A stretch of DNA of 64,000 nucleotides from Auanema rhodensis (Eukaryota; Animalia; Nematoda): NCBI GenBank assembly GCA_964057225.1, contig OZ059895.1:20770001-20834000 (forward strand). The letters are read 5' to 3'. The number at the start of each line of letters is the position of its first letter. Position 1 is the stretch's first letter. The translations under genes and the position numbers were made by a program. Of this stretch, positions 25,701 through 40,800 are shown piece by piece. The notes under the pieces are model-generated. The model had not been told where the DNA came from and did no database searches. It saw only the letters and a list, made by a program, of their open reading frames with translations.

Positions 25701-28140
25701 TCCATATTAGTCTAAAAACAAATTTTTATTAATATTGGTGCATGGTAACCATGACTTTGAAATTTACGTGAACTTTAATTTATGCTAATTAAGTGTACAC
25801 ATGATGTGCACTTGGTATGTAACTCGCTTCATGTCAAAGATAAAAAGATGAGGTTTTCAAAATTAGATTCCCCATGTCCATATTAGTCTAAAAACAAATT
25901 TTTATTAATATTGGTGCATGGTAACCATGACTTTGAAATTTACGTGAACTTTAATTTATGCTAATTAAGTGTACACATGATGTGCGCTTGGTATGTAACT
26001 CGCTTCACGTGAAAGATAAAGAGATGCGGTTTCCAAAATTAGATTCCCCATGTCCATATTAGTCTAAAAACAAATTTTTATTGATATTGGTGCATGGCAA
26101 CCATGACTTTAAAATTTACGTGAACTTTAATTTATGCTAATTAAGTGTACACATGATGTGCACTTGGTATGTAACTCGCTTCACGTCAAAGATAAAAAGA
26201 TGAGGTTTTCAAAATTAGATTCCCCATGTCCATATTAGTCTAAAAACAAATTTTTATTAATATTGGTGCATGGTAACCATGACTTTGAAATTTACGTGAA
26301 CTTTAATTTATGCTAATTAAGTGTACACATGATGTGCGCTTGGTATGTAACTCGCTTCACGTGAAAGATAAAGAGATGCGGTTTCCAAAATTAGATTCCC
26401 CATGTCCATATTAGTCTAAAAACAAATTTTTATTGATATTGGTGCATGGCAACCATGACTTTAAAATTTACGTGAACTTTAATTTATGCTAATTAAGTGT
26501 ACACATGATGTGCACTTGGTATGTAACTCGCTTCACGTCAAAGATAAAAAGATGAGGTTTTCAAAATTAGATTCCCCATGTCCATATTAGTCTAAAAACA
26601 AATTTTTATTAATATTGGTGCATGGTAACCATGACTTTGAAATTTACGTGAACTTTAATTTATGCTAATTAAGTGTACACATGATGTGCGCTTGGTATGT
26701 AACTCGCTTCACGTGAAAGATAAAGAGATGCGGTTTCCAAAATTAGATTCCCCATGTCCATATTAGTCTAAAAACAAATTTTTATTAATATTGGTGCATG
26801 GTAACTATGACTTTGAAATTTACGTGAACTTTAATTTATGCTAATTAAGTGTACACATGATGTGCACTTGGTATGTAACTCGCTTCACGTCAAAGATAAA
26901 AAGATGAGGTTTTCAAAATTAGATTCCCCATGTCCATATTAGTCTAAAAACAAATTTTTATTGATATTGGTGCATGGCAACCATGACTTTAAAATTTACG
27001 TGAACTTTAATTTATGCTAATTAAGTGTACACATGATGTGCACTTGGTATGTAACTCGCTTCACGTCAAAGATAAAAAGATGAGGTTTTCAAAATTAGAT
27101 TCCCCATGTCCATATTAGTCTAAAAACAAATTTTTATTAATATTGGTGCATGGTAACCATGACTTTGAAATTTACGTGAACTTTAATTTATGCTAATTAA
27201 GTGTACACATGATGTGCACTTGGTATGTAACTCGCTTCACGTCAAAGATAAAAAGATGAGGTTTTCAAAATTAGATTCCCCATGTCCATATTAGTCTAAA
27301 AACAAATTTTTATTAATATTGGTGCATGGTAACCATGACTTTGAAATTTACGTGAACTTTAATTTATGCTAATTAAGTGTACACATGATGTGCGCTTGGT
27401 ATGTAACTCGCTTCACGTGAAAGATAAAGAGATGCGGTTTCCAAAATTAGATTCCCCATGTCCATATTAGTCTAAAAACAAATTTTTATTGATATTGGTG
27501 CATGGCAACCATGACTTTAAAATTTACGTGAACTTTAATTTATGCTAATTAAGTGTACACATGATGTGCACTTGGTATGTAACTCGCTTCACGTCAAAGA
27601 TAAAAAGATGAGGTTTTCAAAATTAGATTCCCCATGTCCATATTAGTCTAAAAACAAATTTTTGTTAATATTGGTGCATGGTAACCATGACTTTGAAATT
27701 TACGTGAACTTTAATTTATGCTAATTAAGTGTACACATGATGTGCGCTTGGTATGTAACTCGCTTCACGTGAAAGATAAAGAGATGCGGTTTCCAAAATT
27801 AGATTCCCCATGTCCATATTAGTCTAAAAACAAATTTTTATTGATATTGGTGCATGGCAACCATGACTTTAAAATTTACGTGAACTTTAATTTATGCTAA
27901 TTAAGTGTACACATGATGTGCACTTGGTATGTAACTCGCTTCACGTCAAAGATAAAAAGATGAGGTTTTCAAAATTAGATTCCCCATGTCCATATTAGTC
28001 TAAAAACAAATTTTTATTAATATTGGTGCATGGTAACCATGACTTTGAAATTTACGTGAACTTTAATTTATGCTAATTAAGTGTACACATGATGTGCGCT
28101 TGGTATGTAACTCGCTTCACGTGAAAGATAAAGAGATGCG
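19750..28140 (+). repeat. Tandem duplication of a 24-monomer block (4224 bp x2) built mostly from an alternating dimer
   Basis: AAATGTACG at 19780/24004, CTTCATGTC at 21606/25830 and TTTTTGTTAAT at 23440/27664; every offset is 4224 = 24x176. Confidence 0.9.
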
Positions 28141-31100
28141 GTTTCCAAAATTAGATTCCCCATGTCCATATTAGTCTAAAAACAAATTTTTATTGATATT
28201 GGTGCATGGCAACCATGACTTTAAAATTTACGTGAACTTTAATTTATGCTAATTAAGTGTACACATGATATGCACTTGGTATGTAACTCGCTTCACGTCA
28301 AAGATAAAGAGATGCGGTTTTCAAAATTAGATTCCCCATGTCCATTTTAGTCTAAAAACAAATTTTTATTGATATTGGTGGATGGTAACCATGACTTTAA
28401 AACTTACGTGAACTTCAATTTATGCTAATTAAGTGTACACGTGATGTGCACTTGGTATGTAACTCGCTTCACGTGAAAGATAAAGAGATGCGGTTTTCAA
28501 AATTAGATTCATCATGTCCATATTAGTCTAAAAACAAATTTTTATTGATATTGGTGCATGGCAACCATGACTTTAAAATTTACGTGAACTTTAATTTATG
28601 CTAATTAAGTGTACACATGATGTGCACTTGGTATGTAACTCGCTTCACGTCAAAGATAAAAAGATGAGGTTTTCAAAATTAGATTCCCCATGTCCATATT
28701 AGTCTAAAAACAAATTTTTATTAATATTGGTGCATGGTAACCATGACTTTGAAATTTACGTGAACTTTAATTTATGCTAATTAAGTGTACACATGATGTG
28801 CGCTTGGTATGTAACTCGCTTCACGTGAAAGATAAAGAGATGCGGTTTCCAAAATTAGATTCCCCATGTCCATATTAGTCTAAAAACAAATTTTTATTGA
28901 TATTGGTGCATGGCAACCATGACTTTAAAATTTACGTGAACTTTAATTTATGCTAATTAAGTGTACACATGATGTGCACTTGGTATGTAACTCGCTTCAC
29001 TCAAAGATAAAGAGATGCGGTTTTCAAAATTAGATTCCCCATGTCCATATTAGTCTAAAAACAATTTTTTATCAATATTGGTGCATGGTAACCATGACTT
29101 TGAAATTTACGTGAACTTTAATTTATGCTAATTAAGTGTACACATGATGTGCGCTTGGTATGTAACTCTCTTCACGTGAAAGATAAAGAGATGCGGTTTT
29201 CAAAATTAGATTCCTCATGTCCATATTAGTCTAAAAACGAATTTTTATTGATATTAATGCATGGTAACCATGACTTTAAAATTTACGTGAACTTCAATTT
29301 ATGCTAATTAAGTGTACACGTGATGTGCACTTGGTATGTAACTCGCTTCACGTGAAAGATAAAGAGATGCGGTTTTCAAAATTAGATTCATCATGTCCAT
29401 ATTAGCCTAAAAACAAATTTTTTATTGATATTGGTGCATGGTAACCATGACTTTGAAATTTACGTGAACTTTAATTTATGCTAATTAAGTGTACACGTGA
29501 TGTGCACTTGGTATGTAACTCGCTTCACGTGAAAGATAAAGAGATGCGGTTTTCAAAATTAGATTCCCCATGTCCATATTAGTCTAAACACAAATTTTTA
29601 TTGATATTGGTGCATGGTAACCATGACTTTGAAATTTACGTGAACTTTAATTTATGCTAATTAAGTGTACACGTGATGTGCACTTGGTATGTAACTCGCT
29701 TCACGTGAAAGATAAAAAGATGCGGTTTTCAAAATTAGATTCCCCATGTCCATGTTAGTCTAAAAACAAATTTCTATTAATATTGGTGCATGGTAACTAT
29801 GACTTTGAAATTTACGTGAACTTTAATTTATGCTAATTAAGTGTACACATGATGTGCACTTGGTATGTAACTCGCTTCAAGTGAAAGATAAAGAGATGCG
29901 CTTTTCAAAATTAGATTTCGCATGTCAATATTAGTCTAAAAACAAATTTTTATTGATATTGGTGCATGGTAACCATGACTTTAAAATTTACGTGAACTTT
30001 AATTTATGCTAATTAAGTGTACACATGATGTGCACTTGGTATGTAACTCGCTTCACGTCAAAGATAAAGAGATGCGGTTTTCAAAATTAGATTCCCCATG
30101 TCCATATTAGTCTAAAAACAAATTTTTATTAATATTGGTGCATGGTAACCATGACTTTGAAATTTACGTGAACTTTAATTTATGCTAATTAAGTGTACAC
30201 ATGATGTGCACTTGGTATGTAACTCGCTTCACGTCAAAGATAAAAAGATGAGGTTTTCAAAATTAGATTCCCCATGTCCATATTAGTCTAAAAACAAATT
30301 TTTATTAATATTGGTGCATGGTAACCATGACTTTGAAATTTACGTGAACTTTAATTTATGCTAATTAAGTGTACACATGATGTGCGCTTGGTATGTAACT
30401 CGCTTCACGTGAAAGATAAAGAGATGCGGTTTCCAAAATTAGATTCCCCATGTCCATATTAGTCTAAAAACAAATTTTTATTGATATTGGTGCATGGCAA
30501 CCATGACTTTAAAATTTACGTGAACTTTAATTTATGCTAATTAAGTGTACACATGATGTGCACTTGGTATGTAACTCGCTTCACTCAAAGATAAAGAGAT
30601 GCGGTTTTCAAAATTAGATTCCCCATGTCCATATTAGTCTAAAATCAATTTTTTATCAATATTGGTGCATGGTAACCATGACTTTGAAATTTACGTGAAC
30701 TTTAATTTATGCTAATTAAGTGTACACATGATGTGCGCTTGGTATGTAACTCTCTTCACGTGAAAGATAAAGAGATGCGGTTTTCAAAATTAGATTCCTC
30801 ATGTCCATATTAGTCTAAAAACGAATTTTTATTGATATTAATGCATGGTAACCATGACTTTAAAATTTACGTGAACTTTAATTTATGCTAATTAAGTGTA
30901 CACATGATATGCACTTGGTATGTAACTCGCTTCACGTCAAAGATAAAGAGATGCGGTTTTCAAAATTAGATTCCCCATGTCCATTTTAGTCTAAAAACGA
31001 ATTTTTATTGATATTGGTGGATGGTAACCATGACTTTAAAACTTACGTGAACTTCAATTTATGCTAATTAAGTGTACACGTGATGTGCACTTGGTATGTA

Positions 31101-33249
31101 ACTCGCTTCACGTGAAAGATAAAGAGATGCGGTTTTCAAAATTAGATTCATCATGTCCATATTAGCCTAAAAACAAATTTTTTATTGATATTGGTTCATG
31201 GTAACCATGACTTTGAAATTTACGTGAACTTTAATTTATGCTAATTAAGTGTACACGTGATGTGCACTTGGTATGTAACTCGCTTCACGTGAAAGATAAA
31301 GAGATGCGGTTTTCAAAATTAGATTCCCCATGTCCATATTAGTCTAAACACAAATTTTTATTGATATTGGTGCATGGTAACCATGACTTTGAAATTTACG
31401 TGAACTTTAATTTATGCTAATTAAGTGTACACGTGATGTGCACTTGGTATGTAACTCGCTTCACGTGAAAGATAAAAAGATGAGGTTTTCAAAATTAGAT
31501 TCCCCATGTCCATATTAGTCTAAAAACAAATTTTTATTAATATTGGTGCATGGTAACCATGACTTTGAAATTTACGTGAACTTTAATTTATGCTAATTAA
31601 GTGTACACATGATGTGCGCTTGGTATGTAACTCGCTTCACGTGAAAGATAAAGAGATGCGGTTTCCAAAATTAGATTCCCCATGTCCATATTAGTCTAAA
31701 AACAAATTTTTATTGATATTGGTGCATGGCAACCATGACTTTAAAATTTACGTGAACTTTAATTTATGCTAATTAAGTGTACACATGATGTGCACTTGGT
31801 ATGTAACTCGCTTCACTCAAAGATAAAGAGATGCGGTTTTCAAAATTAGATTCCCCATGTCCATATTAGTCTAAAAACAATTTTTTATCAATATTGGTGC
31901 ATGGTAACCATGACTTTGAAATTTACGTGAACTTTAATTTATGCTAATTAAGTGTACACATGATGTGCGCTTGGTATGTAACTCTCTTCACGTGAAAGAT
32001 AAAGAGATGCGGTTTTCAAAATTAGATTCCTCATGTCCATATTAGTCTAAAAACGAATTTTTATTGATATTAATGCATGGTAACCATGACTTTAAAATTT
32101 ACGTGAACTTTAATTTATGCTAATTAAGTGTACACATGATATGCACTTGGTATGTAACTCGCTTCACGTCAAAGATAAAGAGATGCGGTTTTCAAAATTA
32201 GATTCCCCATGTCCATTTTAGTCTAAAAACGAATTTTTATTGATATTGGTGGATGGTAACCATGACTTTAAAACTTACGTGAACTTTAATTTATGCTAAT
32301 TAAGTGTACACGTGATGTGCACTTGGTATGTAACTCGCTTCACGTGAAAGATAAAGAGATGCGGTTTTCAAAATTAGATTCCCCATGTCCATATTAGTCT
32401 AAACACAAATTTTTATTGATATTGGTGCATGGTAACCATGACTTTGAAATTTACGTGAACTTTAATTTATGCTAATTAAGTGTACACGTGATGTGCACTT
32501 GGTATGTAACTCGCTTCACGTGAAAGATAAAAAGATGCGGTTTTCAAAATTAGATTCCCCATGTCCATGTTAGTCTAAAAACAAATTTCTATTAATATTG
32601 GTGCATGGTAACTATGACTTTGAAATTTACGTGAACTTTAATTTATGCTAATTAAGTGTACACATGATGTGCACTTGGTATGTAACTCGCTTCAAGTGAA
32701 AGATAAAGAGATGCGCTTTTCAAAATTAGATTTCGCATGTCCATATTAGTCTAAAAACAAATTTTTATTAATATTGGTGCATGGTAACCATGACTTTAAA
32801 ATTTACGTGAACTTTAATTTATGCTAATTAAGTGTACACATGATGTGCACTTGGTATGTAACTGGCTTCACGTCAAAGATAAAGAGATGCGGTTTTCAAA
32901 ATTAGATTCCCCATGTCCATATTAGTCTAAAAACAAATTTTTATTAATATTGGTGCATGGTAACCATGACTTTGAAATTTACGTGAACTTTAATTTATGC
33001 TAATTAAGTGTACACATGATGTGCACTTGGTATGTAACTCGCTTCACGTCAAAGATAAAAAGATGAGGTTTTCAAAATTAGATTCCCCATGTCCATATTA
33101 GTCTAAAAACAAATTTTTATTAATATTGGTGCATGGCAACCATGACTTTAAAATTTACGTGAACTTTAATTTATGCTAATTAAGTGTACACATGATGTGC
33201 ACTTGGTATGTAACTCGCTTCACTCAAAGATAAAGAGATGCGGTTTTCA

Positions 33250-36200
33250 AAATTAGATTCCCCATGTCCATATTAGTCTAAAATCAATTTTTTATCAATA
33301 TTGGTGCATGGTAACCATGACTTTGAAATTTACGTGAACTTTAATTTATGCTAATTAAGTGAACACATGATGTGCGCTTGGTATGTAACTCTCTTCACGT
33401 GAAAGATAAAGAGATGCGGTTTTCAAAATTAGATTCCTCATGTCCATATTAGTCTAAAAACGAATTTTTATTGATATTAATGCATGGTAACCATGACTTT
33501 AAAATTTACGTGAACTTTAATTTATGCTAATTAAGTGTACACATGATATGCACTCGGTATGTAACTCGCTTCACGTCAAAGATAAAGAGATGCGGTTTTC
33601 AAAATTAGATTCCCCATGTCCATTTTAGTCTAAAAACGAATTTTTATTGATATTGGTGGATGGTAACCATGACTTTAAAACTTACGTGAACTTCAATTTA
33701 TGCTAATTAAGTGTACACGTGATGTGCACTTGGTATGTAACTCGCTTCACGTGAAAGATAAAGAGATGCGGTTTTCAAAATTAGATTCATCATGTCCATA
33801 TTAGCCTAAAAACAAATTTTTTATTGATATTGGTTCATGGTAACCATGACTTTGAAATTTACGTGAACTTTAATTTATGCTAATTAAGTGTACACGTGAT
33901 GTGCACTTGGTATGTAACTCGCTTCACGTGAAAGATAAAGAGATGCGGTTTTCAAAATTAGATTCCCCATGTCCATATTAGTCTAAACACAAATTTTCAT
34001 TGATATTGGTGCATGGTAACCATGACTTTGAAATTTACGTGAACTTTAATTTATGCTAATTAAGTGTACACGTGATGTGCACTTGGTATGTAACTCGCTT
34101 CACGTGAAAGATAAAAAGATGAGGTTTTCAAAATTAGATTCCACATGTCCATATTAGTCTAAAAACAAATTTTTATTAATATTGGTGCATGGTAACCATG
34201 ACTTTGAAATTTACGTGAACTTTAATTTATGCTAATTAAGTATACACATGATGTGCGCTTGGTATGTAACTCGCTTCACGTGAAAGATAAAGAGATGCGG
34301 TTTCCAAAATTAGATTCCCCATGTCCATATTAGTCTAAAAACAAATTTTTATTGATATTGGTGCATGGCAACCATGACTTTAAAATTTACGTGAACTTTA
34401 ATTTATGCTAATTAAGTGTACACATGATGTGCACTTGGTATGTAACTCGCTTCACTCAAAGATAAAGAGATGCGGTTTTCAAAATTAGATTCCCCATGTC
34501 CATATTAGTCTAAAAACAATTTTTTATCAATATTGGTGCATGGTAACCATGACTTTGAAATTTACGTGAACTTTAATTTATGCTAATTAAGTGTACACAT
34601 GATGTGCGCTTGGTATGTAACTCTCTTCACGTGAAAGATAAAGAGATGCGGTTTTCAAAATTAGATTCCTCATGTCCATATTAGTCTAAAAACGAATTTT
34701 TATTGATATTAATGCATGGTAACCATGACTTTAAAATTTACGTGAACTTTAATTTATGCTAATTAAGTGTACACATGATATGCACTTGGTATGTAACTCG
34801 CTTCACGTCAAAGATAAAGAGATGCGGTTTTCAAAATTAGATTCCCCATGTCCATTTTAGTCTAAAAACGAATTTTTATTGATATTGGTGGATGGTAACC
34901 ATGACTTTAAAACTTACGTGAACTTCAATTTATGCTAATTAAGTGTACACGTGATGTGCACTTGGTATGTAACTCGCTTCACGTGAAAGATAAAGAGATG
35001 CGGTTTTCAAAATTAGATTCATCATGTCCATATTAGCCTAAAAACAAATTTTTTATTGATATTGGTGCATGGTAACCATGACTTTGAAATTTACGTGAAC
35101 TTTAATTTATGCTAATTAAGTGTACACATGATGTGCGCTTGGTATGTAACTCGCTTCACGTGAAAGATAAAGAGATGCGGTTTTCATAATTAGATTCCCC
35201 ATTTCCATATTAGTCTAAAAACAAATTTTTATTAATATTGGTGCATGGTAACCATGACTTTGAAATTTACGTGAACTTTAATTTATGCTAATTAAGTGTA
35301 CACATGATGTGCACTTGGTATGTAACTCGCTTCACGTGAAAGATGAAGAGATGCGGTTTTCAAAATTAGATTCCCCATGTCCATATTAGTCTAAAAACAA
35401 ATTTTTATTAATATTGGTGCATGATAACCATGACTTTGAAATTTACGTGAACTTTAATTTATGCTAATTAAGTGTACACATGATGTGCACTTGGTATGTA
35501 ACTCGCTTCACGTGAAAGATAAAGAGATGCGGTTTTCCAAATTAGATTCCCCATGTCCATATTAGTCTAAAATCAATTTTTTATCAATATTGGTGCATGG
35601 TAACCATGACTTTGAAATTTACGTGAACTTTAATTTATGCTAATTAAGTGAACACATGATGTGCGCTTGGTATGTAACTCTCTTCACGTGAAAGATAAAG
35701 AGATGCGGTTTTCAAAATTAGATTCCTCATGTCCATATTAGTCTAAAAACGATTTTTTATTGATATTAATGCATGGTAACCATGACTTTAAAATTTACGT
35801 GAACTTTAATTTATGCTAATTAAGTGTACACATGATATGCACTTGGTATGTAACTCGCTTCACGTCAAAGATAAAGAGATGCGGTTTTCAAAATTAGATT
35901 CCCCATGTCCATTTTAGTCTAAAAACGAATTTTTATTGATATTGGTGGATGGTAACCATGACTTTAAAACTTACGTGAACTTCAATTTATGCTAATTAAG
36001 TGTACACGTGATGTGCACTTGGTATGTAACTCGCTTCACGTGAAAGATAAAGAGATGCGGTTTTCAAAATTAGATTCATCATGTCCATATTAGCCTAAAA
36101 ACAAATTTTTTATTGATATTGGTTCATGGTAACCATGACTTTGAAATTTACGTGAACTTTAATTTATGCTAATTAAGTGTACACGTGATGTGCACTTGGT

Positions 36201-37837
36201 ATGTAACTCGCTTCACGTGAAAGATAAAGAGATGCGGTTTTCAAAATTAGATTCCCCATGTCCATATTAGTCTAAACACAAATTTTCATTGATATTGGTG
36301 CATGGTAACCATGACTTTGAAATTTACGTGAACTTTAATTTATGCTAATTAAGTGTACACGTGATGTGCACTTGGTATGTAACTCGCTTCACGTGAAAGA
36401 TAAAAAGATGAGGTTTTCAAAATTAGATTCCACATGTCCATATTAGTCTAAAAACAAATTTTTATTAATATTGGTGCATGGTAACCATGACTTTGAAATT
36501 TACGTGAACTTTAATTTATGCTAATTAAGTATACACATGATGTGCGCTTGGTATGTAACTCGCTTCACGTGAAAGATAAAGAGATGCGGTTTCCAAAATT
36601 AGATTCCCCATGTCCATATTAGTCTAAAAACAAATTTTTATTGATATTGGTGCATGGCAACCATGACTTTAAAATTTACGTGAACTTTAATTTATGCTAA
36701 TTAAGTGTACACATGATGTGCACTTGGTATGTAACTCGCTTCACTCAAAGATAAAGAGATGCGGTTTTCAAAATTAGATTCCCCATGTCCATATTAGTCT
36801 AAAAACAATTTTTTATCAATATTGGTGCATGGTAACCATGACTTTGAAATTTACGTGAACTTTAATTTATGCTAATTAAGTGTACACATGATGTGCGCTT
36901 GGTATGTAACTCTCTTCACGTGAAAGATAAAGAGATGCGGTTTTCAAAATTAGATTCCTCATGTCCATATTAGTCTAAAAACGAATTTTTATTGATATTA
37001 ATGCATGGTAACCATGACTTTAAAATTTACGTGAACTTTAATTTATGCTAATTAAGTGTACACATGATATGCACTTGGTATGTAACTCGCTTCACGTCAA
37101 AGATAAAGAGATGCGGTTTTCAAAATTAGATTCCCCATGTCCATTTTAGTCTAAAAACGAATTTTTATTGATATTGGTGGATGGTAACCATGACTTTAAA
37201 ACTTACGTGAACTTCAATTTATGCTAATTAAGTGTACACGTGATGTGCACTTGGTATGTAACTCGCTTCACGTGAAAGATAAAGAGATGCGGTTTTCAAA
37301 ATTAGATTCATCATGTCCATATTAGCCTAAAAACAAATTTTTTATTGATATTGGTGCATGGTAACCATGACTTTGAAATTTACGTGAACTTTAATTTATG
37401 CTAATTAAGTGTACACATGATGTGCGCTTGGTATGTAACTCGCTTCACGTGAAAGATAAAGAGATGCGGTTTTCATAATTAGATTCCCCATTTCCATATT
37501 AGTCTAAAAACAAATTTTTATTAATATTGGTGCATGGTAACCATGACTTTGAAATTTACGTGAACTTTAATTTATGCTAATTAAGTGTACACATGATGTG
37601 CACTTGGTATGTAACTCGCTTCACGTGAAAGATGAAGAGATGCGGTTTTCAAAATTAGATTCCCCATGTCCATATTAGTCTAAAAACAAATTTTTATTAA
37701 TATTGGTGCATGATAACCATGACTTTGAAATTTACGTGAACTTTAATTTATGCTAATTAAGTGTACACATGATGTGCACTTGGTATGTAACTCGCTTCAC
37801 GTGAAAGATAAAGAGATGCGGTTTTCCAAATTAGATT
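33250..37837 (+). repeat. Tandem duplication of a 13-monomer block (2289 bp x2)
   Basis: AAGTGAACAC at 33361/35650, CCACATG at 34141/36430 and TTTTCATAAT at 35181/37470; offset 2289 = 13x176+1. Confidence 0.92.
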
Positions 37838-40800
37838 TCGCATGTCCATATTAGTCTAAAAACAAATTTTTATTGATATTGGTGCATGGTAACCATGACT
37901 TTGAAATTTACGTGAACTTTAATTTATGCTAATTAAGTGTACACATGATGTGCACTTGGTATGTAACTCGCTTCACGTGAAAGATGAAGAGATGCGGTTT
38001 TCAAAATTAGATTCCTCATGTCCATATTAGTCTAAAAACGAATTTTTATTGATATTGATGCATGGTAACCATGACTTTGAAATTTACGTGAACTTTAATT
38101 TATGCTAATTAAGTGTACACATGATGTGCACTTGGTATGTAACTCGCTTCACGTCACAGATAAAGAGATGCGGTTTTCAAAATTAGATTCCCCATGTCCA
38201 TATTAGTCTAAAAACGAATTTTTATTGATATTGGTGAATGGTAACCATGACTTTAAAATTTACGTGAACTTCAATTTATGCTAATTAAGTGTACACGTGA
38301 TGTGCACTTGGTATGTAACTCGCTTCACGTGAAAGATAAAGGGATGCGGTTTTCAAAATTAGATTCCCCATGTCCATATTAGTCTAAAAACAAATTTTTA
38401 TTGATATTGATGCATGGTAACCATGACTTTAAAATTTACGTGAACTTCAATTTATGCTAATTAAGTGTACACGTGATGTGCACTTGGTATGTAACTCGCT
38501 TCACGTGAAAGATGAAGAGATGCGGTTTTCAAAATTAGATTCCTCATGTCCATATTAGTCTAAAAACGAATTTTTATTGATATTGATGCATGGTAACCAT
38601 GACTTTGAAATTTACGTGAACTTTAATTTATGCTTATTAAGTGTACACGTGATGTGCACTTGGTATGTAACTCGCTTCACGTGAAATATAAAGGGATGCG
38701 GTTTTCAAAATTAGATTCCCCATGTCCATATTAGTCTAAAAACAAATTTTTATTGATATTGATGCATGGTAACCATGACTTTAAAATTTACGTGAACTTC
38801 AATTTATGCTAATTAAGTGTACACGTGATGTGCACTTGGTATGTAACTCGCTTCACGTGAAAGATAAAGGGATGCGGTTTTCAAAATTAGATTCCCCATG
38901 TCCATATTAGTCTAAAAACAAATTTTTATTGATATTGATGCATGGTAACCATGACTTTAAAATTTACGTGAACTTCAATTTATGCTAATTAAGTGTACAC
39001 GTGATGTGCACTTGGTATGTAACTCGCTTCACGTGAAAGATGAAGAGATGCGGTTTTCAAAATTAGATTCCTCATGTCCATATTAGTCTAAAAACGAATT
39101 TTTATTGATATTGATGCATGGTAACCATGACTTTGAAATTTACGTGAACTTTAATTTATGCTTATTAAGTGTACACGTGATGTGCACTTGGTATGTAACT
39201 CGCTTCACGTGAAATATAAAGGGATGCGGTTTTCAAAATTAGATTCCCCATGTCCATATTAGTCTAAAAACAAACTTTTATTGATATTGGTGCATGGTAA
39301 CCATGACTTTAAAATTTACGTGAACTTTAATTTATGCTAATTAAGTGTACACATGATGTGCACTTGGTATGTAACTCGCTTCACGTGAAAGATAAAGAGA
39401 TGCGGTTTTCAAAATAGATTCCCCATTTCCATATTAGTCTAAAAACAAATTTTTATTAATATTGGTGCATGGTAACCATGACTTTGAAATTTACGTGAAC
39501 TTTAATTTATGCTAATTAAGTGTACACATGATGTGCACTTGGTATGTAACTCGCTTCACGTGAAAGATGAAGAGATGCGGTTTTCAAAATTAGATTCCCC
39601 ATGTCCATATTAGTCTAAAAACAAATTTTTATTAATATTGGTGCATGATAACCATGACTTTGAAATTTACGTGAACTTTAATTTATGCTAATTAAGTGTA
39701 CACATGATGTGCACTTGGTATGTAACTCGCTTCACGTGAAAGATAAAGAGATGCGGTTTTCCAAATTAGATTTCGCATGTCCATATTAGTCTAAAAACAA
39801 ATTTTTATTGATATTGGTGCATGGTAACCATGACTTTGAAATTTACGTGAACTTTAATTTATGCTAATTATGTGTACACATGATGTGCACTTGGTATGTA
39901 ACTCGCTTCACGTGAAAGATGAAGAGATGCGGTTTTCAAAATTAGATTCCTCATGTCCATATTAGTCTAAAAACGAATTTTTATTGATATTGATGCATGG
40001 TAACCATGACTTTGAAATTTACGTGAACTTTAATTTATGCTAATTAAGTGTACACATGATGTGCACTTGGTATGTAACTCGCTTCACGTCACAGATAAAG
40101 AGATGCGGTTTTCAAAATTAGATTCCCCATGTCCATATTAGTCTAAAAACGAATTTTTATTGATATTGGTGAATGGTAACCATGACTTTAAAATTTACGT
40201 GAACTTCAATTTATGCTAATTAAGTGTACACGTGATGTGCACTTGGTATGTAACTCGCTTCACGTGAAAGATAAAGGGATGCGGTTTTCAAAATTAGATT
40301 CCCCATGTCCATATTAGTCTAAAAACAAATTTTTATTGATATTGATGCATGGTAACCATGACTTTAAAATTTACGTGAACTTCAATTTATGCTAATTAAG
40401 TGTACACGTGATGTGCACTTGGTATGTAACTCGCTTCACGTGAAAGATGAAGAGATGCGGTTTTCAAAATTAGATTCCTCATGTCCATATTAGTCTAAAA
40501 ACGAATTTTTATTGATATTGATGCATGGTAACCATGACTTTGAAATTTACGTGAACTTTAATTTATGCTTATTAAGTGTACACGTGATGTGCACTTGGTA
40601 TGTAACTCGCTTCACGTGAAATATAAAGGGATGCGGTTTTCAAAATTAGATTCCCCATGTCCATATTAGTCTAAAAACAAACTTTTATTGATATTGGTGC
40701 ATGGTAACCATGACTTTAAAATTTACGTGAACTTTAATTTATGCTAATTAAGTGTACACATGATGTGCACTTGGTATGTAACTCGCTTCACGTGAAAGAT

